Assembly (NCBI GenBank): GCA_039189765.1
Contig: JBCCYL010000002.1
Location: 1 to 64,000, forward strand
Source of the DNA: Cyanobacteria bacterium P01_F01_bin.150
GTDB lineage: Bacteria > Cyanobacteriota > Cyanobacteriia > CAKZMO01
Length of the DNA stretch: 64,000 nt
Direction of reading: 5' to 3'
The notes beneath the pieces were generated by a model that was not told the DNA's origin, made no database searches, and saw only the letters and a list, made by a program, of their open reading frames with translations. A program made the position numbers and the translations under genes. Below are positions 62,103 through 64,000 of this stretch, in pieces. The stretch's first letter is position 1, and every line of letters starts with the position of its first letter.

Positions 62103-63968
62103 TTATTGTGTTTCCAACATCTGCAATTTATATAAACTTGCATACAAGCCATTTTGCTCAAGCAGTTCGTCATGGGTGCCAGTTTCAACTAATTCTCCCT
62201 GCTTCAAAACTAGAATGCGATCCACATTACGAATAGTGGATAAGCGATGGGCGATCACGATGGCAGTCCGATCAACCAAGAGACGATCGAGAGCATCCTG
62301 AATCATCGCTTCTGTTCCCACATCCAGATTGGCTGTTGCTTCATCCAAAACTAGCAAAGAGGGATTTCGCACAGCAGCTCTGGCAAAGGCCAAAAGTTGT
62401 TTCTGGCCACCTGATAAATTCGTTCCTCTTTGTCTTAGGAGAGTATTATATCCATTGGGTAGCTGTTCAATAAATTGAGCAACATTTGTGTCAATAGCGG
62501 CCTGTTTGATTTCTTCGAGAGAATAGGCTTCACCGAGAGAAATATTTCGCTTTACATCACCAGCAAATAAGAATCCGTCTTGCAGGATAATCGCCATACG
62601 TTGACGTAATTCTGCTTGGGGCATGTCCCGAATATCAGTGCCATCTAGCAAAACTTTGCCTCGATTGATATCGTATAGCCGACTAAGCAAACGAATAATC
62701 GAACTTTTGCCTGCCCCTGTTGGTCCCACCAGTGCCACCTTTTCCCCAGGTTCGATGGTGAAACTTAAGTCTTTTAGCACAAAATCATCTTCCTTATACC
62801 CAAACCAGACACGATCGAATTGAATCCGGCCATTTCCAACTGGCTGATCAGAAAGGTTAGCGTTGATATGGGAAGACGGTAAACCTACAGAACTGGAACG
62901 AGCAGTTATGTCTGGATCTTTAACGTCAATAGGTTCTTCTAGCAAATTATTGACTCGTTCAAGAGAGGTCAGGCCCGCTTGAATTGCCGTAAATTTTTCT
63001 GCAAACTGCCGTAATGGATTAAACAGGCGTTGGGCAAACAGGACAAACGTTGTTAATTGGCCTAGCTCAATTCCATTGTTCTGAACAAACCACCCTCCTT
63101 GCCACAACACACCAGCGATTGCTATCAGGGCAATCCACTCTAAAGTTGCAGAAACAGCTGAATCAAAAAAGATAGTGCGATCAACTTCCTGTATGTAGCG
63201 TTTGTTGATAGTCCGATAAAATTCGCTGTTGAATCGTTCTCTACGAAACAATTGCACAATACCTACTCCAACAATATTTTCCTGAAGATTGGAGTTGAGG
63301 GCAGACAGCTCTTCTCGTGCTGCATAATTTGCCTGACGGTACTGTTGCTGAAAAAAGATAATTAAAGCGGTAACGGGCAGCAAGATCAAGACTAATAAAG
63401 ATGCCAATCGCCAATCGCGTAAAAACATTGTCAGAGTGATCACCAGCATACTGAATAAATCACCCACAACGCCAATAGCTCCAGTGGAAAAAACATCACC
63501 TAAAGCCTCTACATCACTAGTTAATCGAGTAATTAATCGACCAACAGGAGTTTTATCAAAAAAGCGCGACGATAGCGAAGTGACATGCCTAAATAAATCA
63601 TTGCGGATGTCTTGTGTAATTTGCTGTCCAACTTTTTGGACCTGGTAGCCTTGGATTCCTTTCAAAGCTAATTGCACCGCAATAGTAGTGGCCAGCAGTA
63701 GGATAACGGATTGAAGACCATATTCTATTGAGCGATCGCGTAAAAACCATAGAACCTCACTTTCTTCCTCTCTTAGAATCGAGACAACTTGCCCCACTAA
63801 AATTGGCTGAGTAGCATCTGCAATAGCAAGTGGGATGAGCAATGACATTGCCCAAATTAATAATGCCCTATGCTTTAATGCGTAAGGAACTAGTAAATAA
63901 GCTAGTCGCCAGTCCGCCTGGCGCTCCCATGTTTTTGAGATTATTTTGAGGTTTGATAAAATTGCCAC
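62103..63968 (-). CDS. ABC transporter, fused permease/ATPase (MsbA-like exporter)
   Basis: GPTGAGKS Walker A, LSGGQ, LVLDEAT, IAHRLST; TM domain. Confidence 0.95.
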   Translation of the reverse strand: MAILSNLKIISKTWERQADWRLAYLLVPYALKHRALLIWAMSLLIPLAIADATQPILVGQVVSILREEESEVLWFLRDRSIEYGLQSVILLLATTIAVQLALKGIQGYQVQKVGQQITQDIRNDLFRHVTSLSSRFFDKTPVGRLITRLTSDVEALGDVFSTGAIGVVGDLFSMLVITLTMFLRDWRLASLLVLILLPVTALIIFFQQQYRQANYAAREELSALNSNLQENIVGVGIVQLFRRERFNSEFYRTINKRYIQEVDRTIFFDSAVSATLEWIALIAIAGVLWQGGWFVQNNGIELGQLTTFVLFAQRLFNPLRQFAEKFTAIQAGLTSLERVNNLLEEPIDVKDPDITARSSSVGLPSSHINANLSDQPVGNGRIQFDRVWFGYKEDDFVLKDLSFTIEPGEKVALVGPTGAGKSSIIRLLSRLYDINRGKVLLDGTDIRDMPQAELRQRMAIILQDGFLFAGDVKRNISLGEAYSLEEIKQAAIDTNVAQFIEQLPNGYNTLLRQRGTNLSGGQKQLLAFARAAVRNPSLLVLDEATANLDVGTEAMIQDALDRLLVDRTAIVIAHRLSTIRNVDRILVLKQGELVETGTHDELLEQNGLYASLYKLQMLETQ

Positions 63969-64000
63969 GTTGACCAGACTTTCATGGATTGTTAACGCTC

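Noticed and set aside
1..64000. Frequent GCGATCGC octamers; tRNA or rRNA genes
   Set aside because: HIP1 is a well-known cyanobacterial feature and not novel; no tRNA or rRNA was recognised by eye.

Overview
Chromosomal window from a cyanobacterium (frequent HIP1 octamer GCGATCGC, ndhCKJ, SLH-porin). It is mostly housekeeping and envelope genes: pnp, ndhCKJ, mutL, pilD, purSQ, rlmB, Mini-III, ABC transporter, CHAT protease, a 3109-aa filamentous-haemagglutinin-type protein and an RTX protein. The main feature is an accessory island at about 31.6-41.7 kb with a complete, apparently intact diversity-generating retroelement (DGR) on the minus strand. Gene order is Ser/Thr kinase-CLec, Pepco-like small protein, caspase-like peptidase-CLec with variable repeat VR1, avd, reverse transcriptase, then template repeat TR. 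TR (33521-33642) and VR1 (35579-35700) align without gaps over 122 bp with 11 mismatches, all at TR adenines. The kinase gene carries a more diverged VR-like end. Four 65-bp palindromes of fixed geometry punctuate the island, and a 140-170-bp direct repeat brackets the kinase gene. Cyanobacterial DGRs targeting kinase/caspase-CLec proteins are a known class; the Pepco link, the 65-bp elements and the cassette-like layout are what may be new. Side observations are perfect 7-mer tracts inside mutL, a probable ATT start codon for the STAS gene, and several dispersed palindromic repeat families. All product calls come from motif recognition by eye; no database searches were run.
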